This document shows, piece after piece, positions 19,856-29,270 of a stretch of 64,000 bases of DNA. Under the pieces are notes generated by a model. It worked only from the letters and a program-made list of their open reading frames with translations, made no database searches and was not told the origin of the DNA. Positions within the stretch are counted from its first letter, which is position 1; each line of letters opens with the position of its first letter. Position numbers and translations under genes: made by a program. Source of the DNA: a virus; the IMG/VR virus record IMGVR_UViG_3300008448_011290, one strand, 5' to 3'.

Positions 19856-21173
19856 TTGTATCTGTATAGATTTTAAAAATAATAAAAGTGAACAAAATAT
19901 AAAGAATATTAAAAAAGTATTTCCTTATGCGAGAGTTATACCATTCCTACAGAGCTATTACGAAATAATACAATCTCAAATCTCATCTTGCAGCACAAGA
20001 TATCTATGGTTGCTTTCTAGTTTAATTGATTATCGAGATTTTGATTTTGGATTTATACCTGAACAATTCCAAGAAAAACAAATTCATGTTTGGTCAATAG
20101 AAGGACAGAAAGAAGGTGATACATTCTTAATACCAAAAAAATTTACAGAACAACAAATAGAGTATCTACGAGATTATAAAGATATTAACTATCATACAGC
20201 AAATAACATACACTATGATTATGATATTGCAGAATCTCCTTACGATTTAAGTAATAACATTGATTGTTTAGAAAGAGTATCAGGACCTGCTGGCAAATAT
20301 GTTAAACATTTTGAAAAGAAAAATGATAAAAAAATATATCCTTCTTATTGGGAAGATCTAAAAATTTATATTGATGGTACTACATTCTATGTACCAAATG
20401 CAGCCGTAGATAAGATTCATACACAAATATATGACTATCATCTATTGTATCGATTGCAAAATAATCTAGAAAAAGATTGTTTTGATATTGCCTTTATATC
20501 TAATAGAGAACCATTTGAAGAAGACAATTACAATCTATTAAAAGAGCATCTACAAAAGAATAATTTAAAAAATAGATTATATTGGGTGCGAGGAGTAGAT
20601 GGAAGAACAGCAGCATATAAACAAGCAGCCGAACAATCCAGCCAAGAATATTTTTATGCTGTATTTGCAAAAAGCCAAGTGGACAAAAATTTTATGTTTA
20701 ATTACACTGTAGATAGAGCAAAAAATAAAAGACATTATATATTTCACGCAAGATTATGCGAACTTGGATTAGAATATGGTACATTTAATATCAATCTTTT
20801 TTCTCGATCTTTATGTCTCGATACTCCAGATACTCCAGGCCTGGATTTTACTCTTTATAGCAAACATGAAGTTGTACCTATAGTGGCAAACACAGCATTA
20901 TTGTGCCCAGACAACTATACAGCATGGAAAAATGCTTTTAGAGAAGTTAGCAAATTAATATTATGGAATAAGCAACGTCCTACAGTGGAAACAGGATATA
21001 GAATTGAAAAATGGTTGTCTACAGATAATACATGGCTAAAACGAGGAGCACATGATGCTAAAAAATTTGTGGAAGATTCTAATTTCGATATTGTAAAGAT
21101 AGAAGAGACTTATTCTTGGAAGTTCACTAAAGAAACTTTTTCTAAATTATATCCTGCAGAGCAGAGCTATTAA
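19845..21173 (+). CDS. Glycosyltransferase-like protein; C-terminal half paralogous to 7481..8377
   Basis: DIAFISNREP...VRGVDGRTAAYKQAA...AWKNAFRE. The DxD position is replaced by VFAK. Confidence 0.55.
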   Translation: MAFDCICIDFKNNKSEQNIKNIKKVFPYARVIPFLQSYYEIIQSQISSCSTRYLWLLSSLIDYRDFDFGFIPEQFQEKQIHVWSIEGQKEGDTFLIPKKFTEQQIEYLRDYKDINYHTANNIHYDYDIAESPYDLSNNIDCLERVSGPAGKYVKHFEKKNDKKIYPSYWEDLKIYIDGTTFYVPNAAVDKIHTQIYDYHLLYRLQNNLEKDCFDIAFISNREPFEEDNYNLLKEHLQKNNLKNRLYWVRGVDGRTAAYKQAAEQSSQEYFYAVFAKSQVDKNFMFNYTVDRAKNKRHYIFHARLCELGLEYGTFNINLFSRSLCLDTPDTPGLDFTLYSKHEVVPIVANTALLCPDNYTAWKNAFREVSKLILWNKQRPTVETGYRIEKWLSTDNTWLKRGAHDAKKFVEDSNFDIVKIEETYSWKFTKETFSKLYPAEQSY

Positions 21174-22141
21174 AAATTAAGATTATCGCGGTAAAATTTT
21201 TGTTTTAGGAACCAATCAATATATTCTGGTATGCCTTGCTCAATATCAATCATTGGTTGAAATCTTAAAAGATTAACTGCTTTGTCGCTGTTTAATGTAT
21301 CTCTATTAGGATAAAATTCATCATGTGGTTTAGTATTAATTTTAACACTGCCTATTTTTGATTGGATTATTTCTGCAGCTTCCATTATTCGACGACCGCG
21401 TCCTCTAGTGCAATTAAAAATTTCATCCACTACATCTGATAGAGTAGCTCTAACAAAATACTCTGCCACATCTTCTACGTGAGAAAAATCTAATTTATTG
21501 TCCGGTCCTTGCACAGTCATTTCTTTTTTAGTTAATGCGTTTTTAACTAACTGACTTATTACTCTCACAATCATATCAGGACAGCCATATAAAGCCGAAG
21601 GTCTCATTATTACATAGTTTAATCCGTGTAATCTTCTCCAAACTTTACACATGAGTTCTCCTTGATACTTGTAAGAACCATATAGAGTATTAGGACTTGG
21701 AGTGACAGTTTCATCTGGTATCTGTTCTTTAAAATCTCCATAAACCATGCTGCTGGAAGAAAATACAATTTTTTTTACTTGATGCTTAACACATAAATCT
21801 AAAATATTTGCTGTGGCTGTAATCATATTGCCTGTAGCATCATCAATATTACTTTGCACCATTTTAGCATTGGGATAAGTGCCTAAATGTATTACTCTTT
21901 CTGGTTGAAATTCTGCGAAAGTTTTTTCCATGAATTCTTTGTCTTCTATTCTTCCTACAAATGTACGATCGTTGGCTGCAATAGTTTTTCTTAAATCTAA
22001 TATTGGAAAGTATTCCCAATCAGGAAAAGCATTATATTGATGATAACAATCTACCACACCAACCATGTGTCCTTCTTTTTTTAATCGTTGGCTAACTCTA
22101 CTGCCAATAAAACCATGTCCTCCAAGTATTAGAATGTTCAT
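21170..22141 (-). CDS. NAD-dependent nucleotide-sugar epimerase/dehydratase
   Basis: GGHGFIG, SSSMVYG and YGSYK. Paralogue of 17842..18786. Confidence 0.9.
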   Translation of the reverse strand: MNILILGGHGFIGSRVSQRLKKEGHMVGVVDCYHQYNAFPDWEYFPILDLRKTIAANDRTFVGRIEDKEFMEKTFAEFQPERVIHLGTYPNAKMVQSNIDDATGNMITATANILDLCVKHQVKKIVFSSSSMVYGDFKEQIPDETVTPSPNTLYGSYKYQGELMCKVWRRLHGLNYVIMRPSALYGCPDMIVRVISQLVKNALTKKEMTVQGPDNKLDFSHVEDVAEYFVRATLSDVVDEIFNCTRGRGRRIMEAAEIIQSKIGSVKINTKPHDEFYPNRDTLNSDKAVNLLRFQPMIDIEQGIPEYIDWFLKQKFYRDNLNF

Positions 22142-22785
22142 GCTATCAGTTGATATTGTATAGAGAATGTTTCTGCTATTTTATTCTCTCCTAAAAAAGA
22201 TCCTCTATATCGATTGTAGTTTATAATTTGTTCTATATTCTGTTGCGAAAAATAAGACTTATAACATCTTAGAGCTTGTTGTTTTTGTTCTAAATGTTCT
22301 GTTATATCCACATATAGATTTGTTTTAAAATTACTGTAGTGCAGATTATAAGGAGTTTGATCCATACACCAAAATTCTTTAAAAAATTTTCGAGACAAAC
22401 TCTGTGCTAATTCATAACATATTCTATGTTCTTGATGAGAATCTTCTCGCCAATGAGATATTAATACATCATATCCTTTGGATATTCCTTCCACTGCTGT
22501 TATTAAATTATTGTTTAATGTTAAATTAGGACGACCATTACTGTGTAGAGGAGTGTTATAAAATTCAACAGTATGTTTTAAAACTTTTTGACTATTTTCT
22601 AATTCGGATTTTACAACGGTTTCATTCCTGTTTTTGTTAATTTCTACAGAAGGTCTTATCATGATACAGTTGGTTACTGTACCACTATTTTGTATGATTT
22701 TAGATATTAAACCGCCGCAGGCAGATTCTGCATCGTCTGGGTGAGCTGTGAGTATAAAGAATTTTCTTTTGTAAAATTCATTCAT
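22138..22785 (-). CDS. PIG-L/LmbE family de-N-acetylase
   Basis: AHPDDAE, DSHQEH and K..AL..Y.S. Confidence 0.85.
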   Translation of the reverse strand: MNEFYKRKFFILTAHPDDAESACGGLISKIIQNSGTVTNCIMIRPSVEINKNRNETVVKSELENSQKVLKHTVEFYNTPLHSNGRPNLTLNNNLITAVEGISKGYDVLISHWREDSHQEHRICYELAQSLSRKFFKEFWCMDQTPYNLHYSNFKTNLYVDITEHLEQKQQALRCYKSYFSQQNIEQIINYNRYRGSFLGENKIAETFSIQYQLIA

Positions 22786-23126
22786 TTAAAAGTTTTATCC
22801 AACAACTTGTTAGTCTTTGATTCCATGTCTGCTTTTAATTTAGGAATATCAAATTTAAGATCCACATGTTTAACGTTGGCATAATTGCTATTAATATATC
22901 TTTTTAGAGTTTCAGCAATTTTAGATTCAGTTTTTTTTGATTGTAGCTCTTTTTCTACGTCATAATGTATGGTGACATTATTTTTTAATGTAATGTCACA
23001 CCATTTAACATAGCCTATAGGCATGTTGCTGTATTTGATGCCTTCTAGAACTTCTGGCCACTCTTTAACAAATTCTGATGTTAATTGAACCCAAGTTTGT
23101 TTAGTTCTTGGCAGTTTCCTTGCCAT
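22782..23126 (-). CDS. Hypothetical protein
   Basis: 114 aa ORF with an EWPEVL motif, overlapping its neighbours. Confidence 0.65.
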   Translation of the reverse strand: MARKLPRTKQTWVQLTSEFVKEWPEVLEGIKYSNMPIGYVKWCDITLKNNVTIHYDVEKELQSKKTESKIAETLKRYINSNYANVKHVDLKFDIPKLKADMESKTNKLLDKTFK

Positions 23127-23625
23127 TGGATTTTTTATTAGGTTTAGGTTTTTTACTGATAACTATATCTTCTTTAACTGCTAACTCGCTTACTGATATT
23201 TTTAAATCATCAGCAATCATTTGATTCAGCTTATCCAAAGGAATTTTACCCTCATCTCCTGCACCATAAGTTACAATAATATCTTTAGTAGGCATTTTTT
23301 TAAGATAGTTTTCTATATGTAATAGTGCTAGCATATTCGGACCATCTGGAAAAGCTAACCTAGCAATATGAGTTCCTAATTCAAAACTAGCTTGTCCTTC
23401 AGGACTTTCTAATGCTCTCATTAGAGATTCGCGATGAATATCTGACAAGAATTTAGGACCTATCACCAAACAAGACTCTGGTTCTTTTGGCAATGTTCTA
23501 AAAATTATTGCCACTTGAGCTCCATCTTGTTTTAGGACTCCCAGATGTTTAAGATTTTTGACAGCCTGGGTTTTCGCACCTGTGTTAGCAGCATCCATTA
23601 CTAACTTATCGTATAAGTTTAGCAT
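23101..23625 (-). CDS. Hypothetical protein
   Basis: 174 aa ORF within the operon. Confidence 0.7.
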   Translation of the reverse strand: MLNLYDKLVMDAANTGAKTQAVKNLKHLGVLKQDGAQVAIIFRTLPKEPESCLVIGPKFLSDIHRESLMRALESPEGQASFELGTHIARLAFPDGPNMLALLHIENYLKKMPTKDIIVTYGAGDEGKIPLDKLNQMIADDLKISVSELAVKEDIVISKKPKPNKKSNGKETAKN

Positions 23626-23628
23626 TAT

Positions 23629-23940
23629 CTATTTTCCTGCGGCTGCTGGTGCTTCCGCTGTTTTGTTTTCTTCTGGTTTGGTTTCTGGTGCTACTTTAGC
23701 AAGAAACATTTGAAGTTTATTATACACAAGTCCAACAGTGGCCATTTCGTTGGCTCTGAATGCGCCTCTTGTAGATGCCACATCAATGATTGTACCAATG
23801 TTTTTTAAATCAGCAATAGTTAAATCATTAGCTGGTTGTCCTTGTGGTGGTGTTGTTTGTGTTGTTGATGCTGATTGAGTTGCGGCAGCCGCTTTTGGCG
23901 CTTTAACTTCAGCTTCTTTTTTAGTTTTTTTTGTTGTCAT
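23629..23940 (-). CDS. Conserved-looking phage hypothetical protein
   Basis: LTIADL..IIDVASTRGAFRANEM core, SD AGGAGA and its own promoter. Confidence 0.75.
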   Translation of the reverse strand: MTTKKTKKEAEVKAPKAAAATQSASTTQTTPPQGQPANDLTIADLKNIGTIIDVASTRGAFRANEMATVGLVYNKLQMFLAKVAPETKPEENKTAEAPAAAGK

Positions 23941-23969
23941 TTTTTCTCCTAAATTGCAATTAGACTAAT

Positions 23970-23998
23970 ATTGTAACAAAATTAGTTAGCGAGGTCAA
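23970..23998 (-). promoter_or_regulatory. Sigma70-type promoter (TTGACC-17-TACAAT, extended TG)
   Basis: Reverse complement reads TTGACCtcgctaactaattttgtTACAAT. Confidence 0.7.
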
Positions 23999-24007
23999 CA
24001 ACCAAAT

Positions 24008-24271
24008 CTATGAGTTCTGAGCCATACCACTCAATACAAATAGTGTAAGATCGCTGGGCTCTTCAAAAGCAATTGTGGTAAAGATATCCACTCTGTCACC
24101 TGTGTGTTTAATATCATTTACCAATGCAAATCGTCCTGCACAGTTGGAATAAATCCAACGAGCCAATTTTTGACTTTGGTATTCGTGTTGATTTGGTAAA
24201 GAAATAGATTTAAAATGTGGAGGTATTCGATCTAGTTTTCTTGGATGAAAGTTTTTAGCATTAATCCTCAT
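24008..24271 (-). CDS. Hypothetical protein
   Basis: 87 aa ORF with WI..NC.GRF and AFEEPSDLTLF. Confidence 0.65.
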   Translation of the reverse strand: MRINAKNFHPRKLDRIPPHFKSISLPNQHEYQSQKLARWIYSNCAGRFALVNDIKHTGDRVDIFTTIAFEEPSDLTLFVLSGMAQNS

Positions 24272-25511
24272 AATTCACCGTCATTCCAAATGGTGCTTGT
24301 ATGTTTCTTTCGTAACTGTTATTAATTAAGAATATAGTATCGCAATAATCTTTGTCACCCCAGCTGTCAAATGGCCAACCATCTGTAAACATGATGAATT
24401 TTTTAGGTTCAATACCTTCTTCTTTCATGAAATCCCAATTACACATAAAATCAGTACCACCACCTGAACCTATCACATAATCTGTAAGTTCATCCATATT
24501 GTCTGGTGTGAATATTTTAGGATTGAATACTTTGGTATCAAACGACCAAAGATGTATTTTAAAGTCTTTGTATTGTTCCATTATGCCGCGAATCTCGCCT
24601 AAGAAATCTCTACATTGTTGTTCACTAATAGAACCTGAAGCATCAATGGCCAAACATATATCAATAGAATCAGTATTGATCATGCCTGGCAACACAGCAT
24701 CCATGTGCCAGCTTCTTCTGCTGGGTTTCATGAATGTGTAATCACTCTTCATTGTGCTCAATATTTGTTGTTGAATAATTTCTCTCCAGTTTAATTTAGG
24801 TTCTGTAAGATCAGCAATCATTCTTTGAATACTGCCTGGTAGATTACCTGCACCTGTGCTCTGTGCTGCTGACATCATGGCTTCTTTGATCTCATCTTTG
24901 ATTTTTTTAAGTTCTTCTTTGGTATACACAGGTTTTCCACTTTGTCCTTGACCTTGACCCTCTTTGTTCTTGTCTTTGCTTTCTCCTTCGCCCTGTCCTT
25001 GACCTTTGCCCCAATCAATATGTTCGTCTAATAATTCACCTAATTTTTTAAGATCCACTTTGTTCTTTTTAACCTGTTTCATTAGATCATCATAGATCTT
25101 TTCTGAAGCCCAATCTTTGTATTTGTCGTCTTGGAAACCTTTATTCTCACCTTTTTTACCTTTGGGCATTTCACCAATTCTATAATCCACTAGTATTTGG
25201 TTCACAGCATAGTCACAGGCAATATTCCAAATCTGTGGATCTCTACCTTCAGATCTCAACATCATATGTTCAAATACATTGTGTAGCACTTCATGTCCAA
25301 ATAGGAATTCAGTTTCTTTGGGAGTTAGACTGTCTATGAATTTGATGTTGTAAAAAAAGTGTCTGCCATCAGTGGCTGCTGTAGGACACCAATCATCAGC
25401 ATTCACTATTTTAAGTCTTGTAGCAAGATTGCCAAAGAAAGGATGTTTCAATAGCAGTGCAATTCTTGCAGTGACTAGTTTGTCTAGAATTTTTTGATCT
25501 GTGGCAGCCAT
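24261..25511 (-). CDS. vWA-like/putative metallopeptidase protein (DUF2201-type), partner of the MoxR ATPase
   Basis: TAATDG, HEVLH (HExxH), WNIACDYAVN, MIDAS DASGS, GGGTDF and FTDG. Confidence 0.85.
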   Translation of the reverse strand: MAATDQKILDKLVTARIALLLKHPFFGNLATRLKIVNADDWCPTAATDGRHFFYNIKFIDSLTPKETEFLFGHEVLHNVFEHMMLRSEGRDPQIWNIACDYAVNQILVDYRIGEMPKGKKGENKGFQDDKYKDWASEKIYDDLMKQVKKNKVDLKKLGELLDEHIDWGKGQGQGEGESKDKNKEGQGQGQSGKPVYTKEELKKIKDEIKEAMMSAAQSTGAGNLPGSIQRMIADLTEPKLNWREIIQQQILSTMKSDYTFMKPSRRSWHMDAVLPGMINTDSIDICLAIDASGSISEQQCRDFLGEIRGIMEQYKDFKIHLWSFDTKVFNPKIFTPDNMDELTDYVIGSGGGTDFMCNWDFMKEEGIEPKKFIMFTDGWPFDSWGDKDYCDTIFLINNSYERNIQAPFGMTVNYED

Positions 25512-26614
25512 TATTTAGACTCCATTGCAGTTATGACATACTTGCCAAACTTTTTATGGAATCTATCAAATGATTTTAATTTACTTGGATCAAATGGCAG
25601 TTTGTAATTTGTAAGAGCAATCTTCGCACCCATAACAACTAACTCTGTTTCAAAGTTATCCATCATATAGTTGAAGAATCTATCTGCCATATCGTTCCAA
25701 TTTTTTTCTTTGTTGATGTGTGCCTGTTGTAATTCATAGCACAGACTCACAGTCAACGAATACATTGCTGATATTTCTTTAGTCTTAAGATCTTTGACCT
25801 TGCCGCTCAATATGTCGGATGGGTTAGGTAGCTGACCGCTAATTTTACGATGATTCATAAATTTAACGGCCAGACCCTCTCCTACTGCGCCTGCCACGAG
25901 GTCAGTGAGCGTACTTTCAGGCAAGCTGTCCGATAGAAGTTGGCTAACGAAACTCCATGATCTAGGAGTTGCGAAAGAACGTGATGATCCCTTGGGATCA
26001 AAATCGTACAAATCTTGTTTGGCAAATGTTACATAACCTACCACATCAGGATGTACTCTGTTTAGAGTTGCCCATTGCATCCAATCTTCGTAGTCTACTC
26101 GTAATTCAATGTGAACGAATCTGTTCGCTAATGGTGCTGGCATTCTGTAAGTAACGCCTTTGTCAGCATCTCTGTTACCGGCTGCCACAATTGCAACACC
26201 TTCTGGTAGATGATATTGTCCTACTCTACGATTTAAGATTAATTGATAAGCCGCTGCCTGAACAGCAGGAGCCGCTGAGTTTAATTCATCTAAGAATATG
26301 ATTGCTGTGGATTCGGGATCTGTAGGCAATTCTGCTGGAGGAGCCCAAACCATGTTGTTTTCTTTAGAATTGTAATAAGGAATACCTTTAATGTCTGTGG
26401 GTTCCCACAATGGCAACCTAATATCAATCACCTGTCTTTTTTGTTCTTCTGCAACCTGTTTAACGATATCAGATTTACCAATACCAGGTGCACCCCACAT
26501 CATTAGTGGTCTTTGTAATTGCAGACAATGTGCTAATGCTGCCTTTGCTTCATTTGGAGTTACGGTTCTATTTTGAGAACCAACCGCTGTGCTTTTTTCT
26601 TTTTTGCTCACCAT
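25511..26614 (-). CDS. MoxR-type AAA+ ATPase
   Basis: Walker A GAPGIGKS, Walker B IFLDE, AAGN, PLANRF and TPRSW. Confidence 0.9.
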   Translation of the reverse strand: MVSKKEKSTAVGSQNRTVTPNEAKAALAHCLQLQRPLMMWGAPGIGKSDIVKQVAEEQKRQVIDIRLPLWEPTDIKGIPYYNSKENNMVWAPPAELPTDPESTAIIFLDELNSAAPAVQAAAYQLILNRRVGQYHLPEGVAIVAAGNRDADKGVTYRMPAPLANRFVHIELRVDYEDWMQWATLNRVHPDVVGYVTFAKQDLYDFDPKGSSRSFATPRSWSFVSQLLSDSLPESTLTDLVAGAVGEGLAVKFMNHRKISGQLPNPSDILSGKVKDLKTKEISAMYSLTVSLCYELQQAHINKEKNWNDMADRFFNYMMDNFETELVVMGAKIALTNYKLPFDPSKLKSFDRFHKKFGKYVITAMESK

Positions 26615-26647
26615 TTTTAGACCTCTCTAAAATTTGTTTATAGTATC

Positions 26648-26675
26648 ATTATAACATAAAACGATATAAGGTCAA
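26648..26675 (-). promoter_or_regulatory. Sigma70-type promoter (TTGACC-16-TATAAT, extended TG)
   Basis: Reverse complement reads TTGACCttatatcgttttatgtTATAAT, upstream of the AAA ATPase. Confidence 0.7.
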
Positions 26676-26706
26676 CTGGGTATAAGTCACTGATTTTATT
26701 AACTTT

Positions 26707-27825
26707 TTAAAAATAATCGTAAAAAGTTGGAATATAATCAGTTATTTTTATATTTCTTTTTTGATCTAGATCTTTTATAAAAATTAATAGATTATCTTGT
26801 TCATTTTTTTCACTATTACATAAATTTTTGATTAAACTCTGTATTTCTAAATTAAACTTTAAATCAAAAGTTGATTTATGTTCATTAATGAATCTTTTTA
26901 AATCTTCTATAAATTTGTTTTTAAGTTTTATTGGTGCAAGATTAGGATTGAACATCGTAGGAAAATTTACTTTACTCAAATTTACACCAAGTTTTTTATT
27001 ATTGTCTTTAAATATTTTTACCATTTTATTAATCCATACTAGAAAATCATAAAAATTGTACATAGAAAGAGTTTGTAAAGATATTTGTAGATTTATTTGA
27101 TGTTTGCTTTTGGACATTTTAATTAAATTTTCTTCTATTTTATTGAATTTGCTAGGATATCTTATGTAATCGTTACTTAATTCGTAAGAATCAATGCTTA
27201 CATCTATGTTTACTTGTTTAAAATCATTCAAAATTTCATAGAATCTATTATTAATGTTTGTGAGATTAGTGATACAATCTAGAGTTATGTTAGAGATTGT
27301 TCCATCTTTTTTTAAAAGATCAAAATAATATAGATATTCTGGTATAAGGCTAGGCTCTCCACCTTGTATAGTTAGATGTTTTAAATTTTTTGATATGCTG
27401 TAAAGATCATCTATTTTGTCTGTTGATATAGATAATACTCCGTTTGTCTCTTTATTTTTATTGAGATCTTTAGCCCACTGAGAACTTCTATCGGCATTAC
27501 ACATTATGCATTTTAAATTACATAGATTACTGAAATCTAAATCTGCAACAGAGGGTAATTCTTCTGTATTATATTGTTTAAAAATAGAATTATAGTGTTG
27601 TCGAAGACTTAATGCATTAATTTTTTCTGTTTTATAACAATTATTACATTCTTTTAATTCTGTTCCTGCAGCCATTTTTTCTCTAACTTGTTTTAGATAT
27701 TGATCACTCCAAAACTCTGTTGGTTTATCTTGTGAGAATTTATAGGAATTACAACACAATCTATTTCCTCTCGCATTGATTTGGAATCCATTGAATGGAA
27801 ATTTACAATAGGTTTTATTATGCAT
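26707..27825 (-). CDS. Radical SAM protein with N-terminal SPASM/twitch-type domain (copy 6, isolated, very AT-rich)
   Basis: CKFPF...LCC...CNNC, CNLKCIMC and GGEP. Confidence 0.85.
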   Translation of the reverse strand: MHNKTYCKFPFNGFQINARGNRLCCNSYKFSQDKPTEFWSDQYLKQVREKMAAGTELKECNNCYKTEKINALSLRQHYNSIFKQYNTEELPSVADLDFSNLCNLKCIMCNADRSSQWAKDLNKNKETNGVLSISTDKIDDLYSISKNLKHLTIQGGEPSLIPEYLYYFDLLKKDGTISNITLDCITNLTNINNRFYEILNDFKQVNIDVSIDSYELSNDYIRYPSKFNKIEENLIKMSKSKHQINLQISLQTLSMYNFYDFLVWINKMVKIFKDNNKKLGVNLSKVNFPTMFNPNLAPIKLKNKFIEDLKRFINEHKSTFDLKFNLEIQSLIKNLCNSEKNEQDNLLIFIKDLDQKRNIKITDYIPTFYDYF

Positions 27826-28213
27826 TTTTCTGTTCGTCCATTTTGCTCATTGCACGAGCTAGGCCATATTTGGTGACATCTCCAGCAAACATCATCAATT
27901 GCAGAGCCATTTTTTCCATTGTGACCACAATCTGTTTTTTATCCACATAGTATGGACAATCTACAAACTCATCTAACCATAGAAAAGTTTGCGGTGTAAA
28001 AATGATTTTGTCAGGGAATTTAATAGTGTAGGTTTTGATTTCTAATCGGTTTATGATGTCTAATCCTTGTTTGGTCAATCGCAATGATCTTGCTTGATAG
28101 CTCTCTCTTACATTCTGCCACCAAGTGTAATAACAGCTCTTTAGAGTTTCTTCATGATCAGGCTGATTTAACAATTGCATGAAGGTGCGAGTATAGGCGG
28201 TCTTAACGTCCAT
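27818..28213 (-). CDS. Hypothetical protein
   Basis: 131 aa ORF with WWQN..SLRLT..G and CPYY. Confidence 0.7.
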   Translation of the reverse strand: MDVKTAYTRTFMQLLNQPDHEETLKSCYYTWWQNVRESYQARSLRLTKQGLDIINRLEIKTYTIKFPDKIIFTPQTFLWLDEFVDCPYYVDKKQIVVTMEKMALQLMMFAGDVTKYGLARAMSKMDEQKNA

Positions 28214-28221
28214 ACTGTTAA

Positions 28222-28509
28222 TTATCTTTTAAATTTTTCGCCAGTCTTTAATAGGTATACACCAAACTTATCAGTTTTGTGCATGGTGTTTAACTTTTTA
28301 GCTAGATTTTCCGCATGTCCTGGGTTGGAAAAAGAAACTTTCTTGTACTTAGGACCCGGATAATTAGAAACCAAACTAGATGATTTTAGATTGATTGGTT
28401 TACCATCGTAAAACACTGCCCAAATTCCCACTGCCGCAAGCACTTCCTCTTGCTTGTAAGTGTCTTTATTGCTGATTGTTAACAGCACTGTAGGCTTTGG
28501 TCTTGACAT
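28222..28509 (-). CDS. Hypothetical protein
   Basis: 95 aa ORF, MSRPKP...PKYKKVSFSNPGHA. TAAATA lies upstream. Confidence 0.7.
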   Translation of the reverse strand: MSRPKPTVLLTISNKDTYKQEEVLAAVGIWAVFYDGKPINLKSSSLVSNYPGPKYKKVSFSNPGHAENLAKKLNTMHKTDKFGVYLLKTGEKFKR

Positions 28510-28546
28510 AATCTATCATAGTATTTACCAATTTTTACCAGATAAA

Positions 28547-28795
28547 CTATTTAGAAAAGTTGCCGCCGTCCATTTCAATGTTGATCGTTTGCGACTGTTG
28601 TGCTGTTTTTAGCGCCTCGATTATTTCTTCCTGTACAGATACTAACCTTGTCATGGTTTGACTTAAACTGCCTGCCAAACGATCAGCATCCTGTATGGTT
28701 AGGGTAATATTTTTATCCTGTTTTGACTTAGCAGTTCTTACTCTTGCTATGAAGTCTTCAATGGGTTGTGTCTGTATTTTGTTCTTTGATTGCAT
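28547..28795 (-). CDS. Hypothetical protein
   Basis: 82 aa ORF ending MDGGNF. Confidence 0.65.
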   Translation of the reverse strand: MQSKNKIQTQPIEDFIARVRTAKSKQDKNITLTIQDADRLAGSLSQTMTRLVSVQEEIIEALKTAQQSQTINIEMDGGNFSK

Positions 28796-29270
28796 TGTTT
28801 AATATCTGTTGCATTTCTATTTTGGTTTTGATAGGTCCTTTATATGGATATCGCTGTAGTGTAATTACCTTAGGACAGTAGGCTTTCCTCCATCCTTTGG
28901 GGAAATCTATGATATAATAGCCTGCACAAAATAGACTTCGGCTTTTGGGTGTTTTGGTGTAAATGGGCAGTTGTTTTTGCACATCAAACATGGCATTATA
29001 CGGCTGTTGTGAGCAAGGGAATCCATGCACGTGCCACTCACTCTCTTCTAATTTAGTCTCATTCTCCGGCACTGAGATATCTGATGCAAATATACCCGAT
29101 CCAAATCGAGCATATAGACTTTCTTGTGTAGGGTATTCCTGTCTCTGGTCTTTCTTACCTAAGAAGATCCAACCATCGTTGTCTTTTTTCTGCAGTGTAC
29201 CTAATTTCTGACCATTTTCTTCTATGATCCAAAATTTATCTTTTACTAATATTTTTGCTCGCATGGTCAT
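28758..29270 (-). CDS. Hypothetical protein
   Basis: 170 aa ORF with an ATGA overlap to the RNase H gene. Confidence 0.7.
   Translation of the reverse strand: MTMRAKILVKDKFWIIEENGQKLGTLQKKDNDGWIFLGKKDQRQEYPTQESLYARFGSGIFASDISVPENETKLEESEWHVHGFPCSQQPYNAMFDVQKQLPIYTKTPKSRSLFCAGYYIIDFPKGWRKAYCPKVITLQRYPYKGPIKTKIEMQQILNNAIKEQNTDTTH

Noticed and set aside
5307-22785. Bacterial LPS/capsule locus, or a true aminoglycoside antibiotic cluster
   Set aside because: It is flanked by phage structural and replication genes. No flippase, polymerase, exporter, DOI synthase or resistance gene was seen. The aminoglycoside resemblance holds only at the enzyme-class level.
24008-24271. MRINAK as another capsid-targeting N-terminus
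   Set aside because: It lacks the Glu residues of the motif and lies in a sigma70-driven unit with the MoxR/vWA pair.
24261-26614. MoxR AAA+ / vWA pair as a novel system
   Set aside because: This is a well-known, widespread gene pair in bacteria and large phages, so it is listed as features only.
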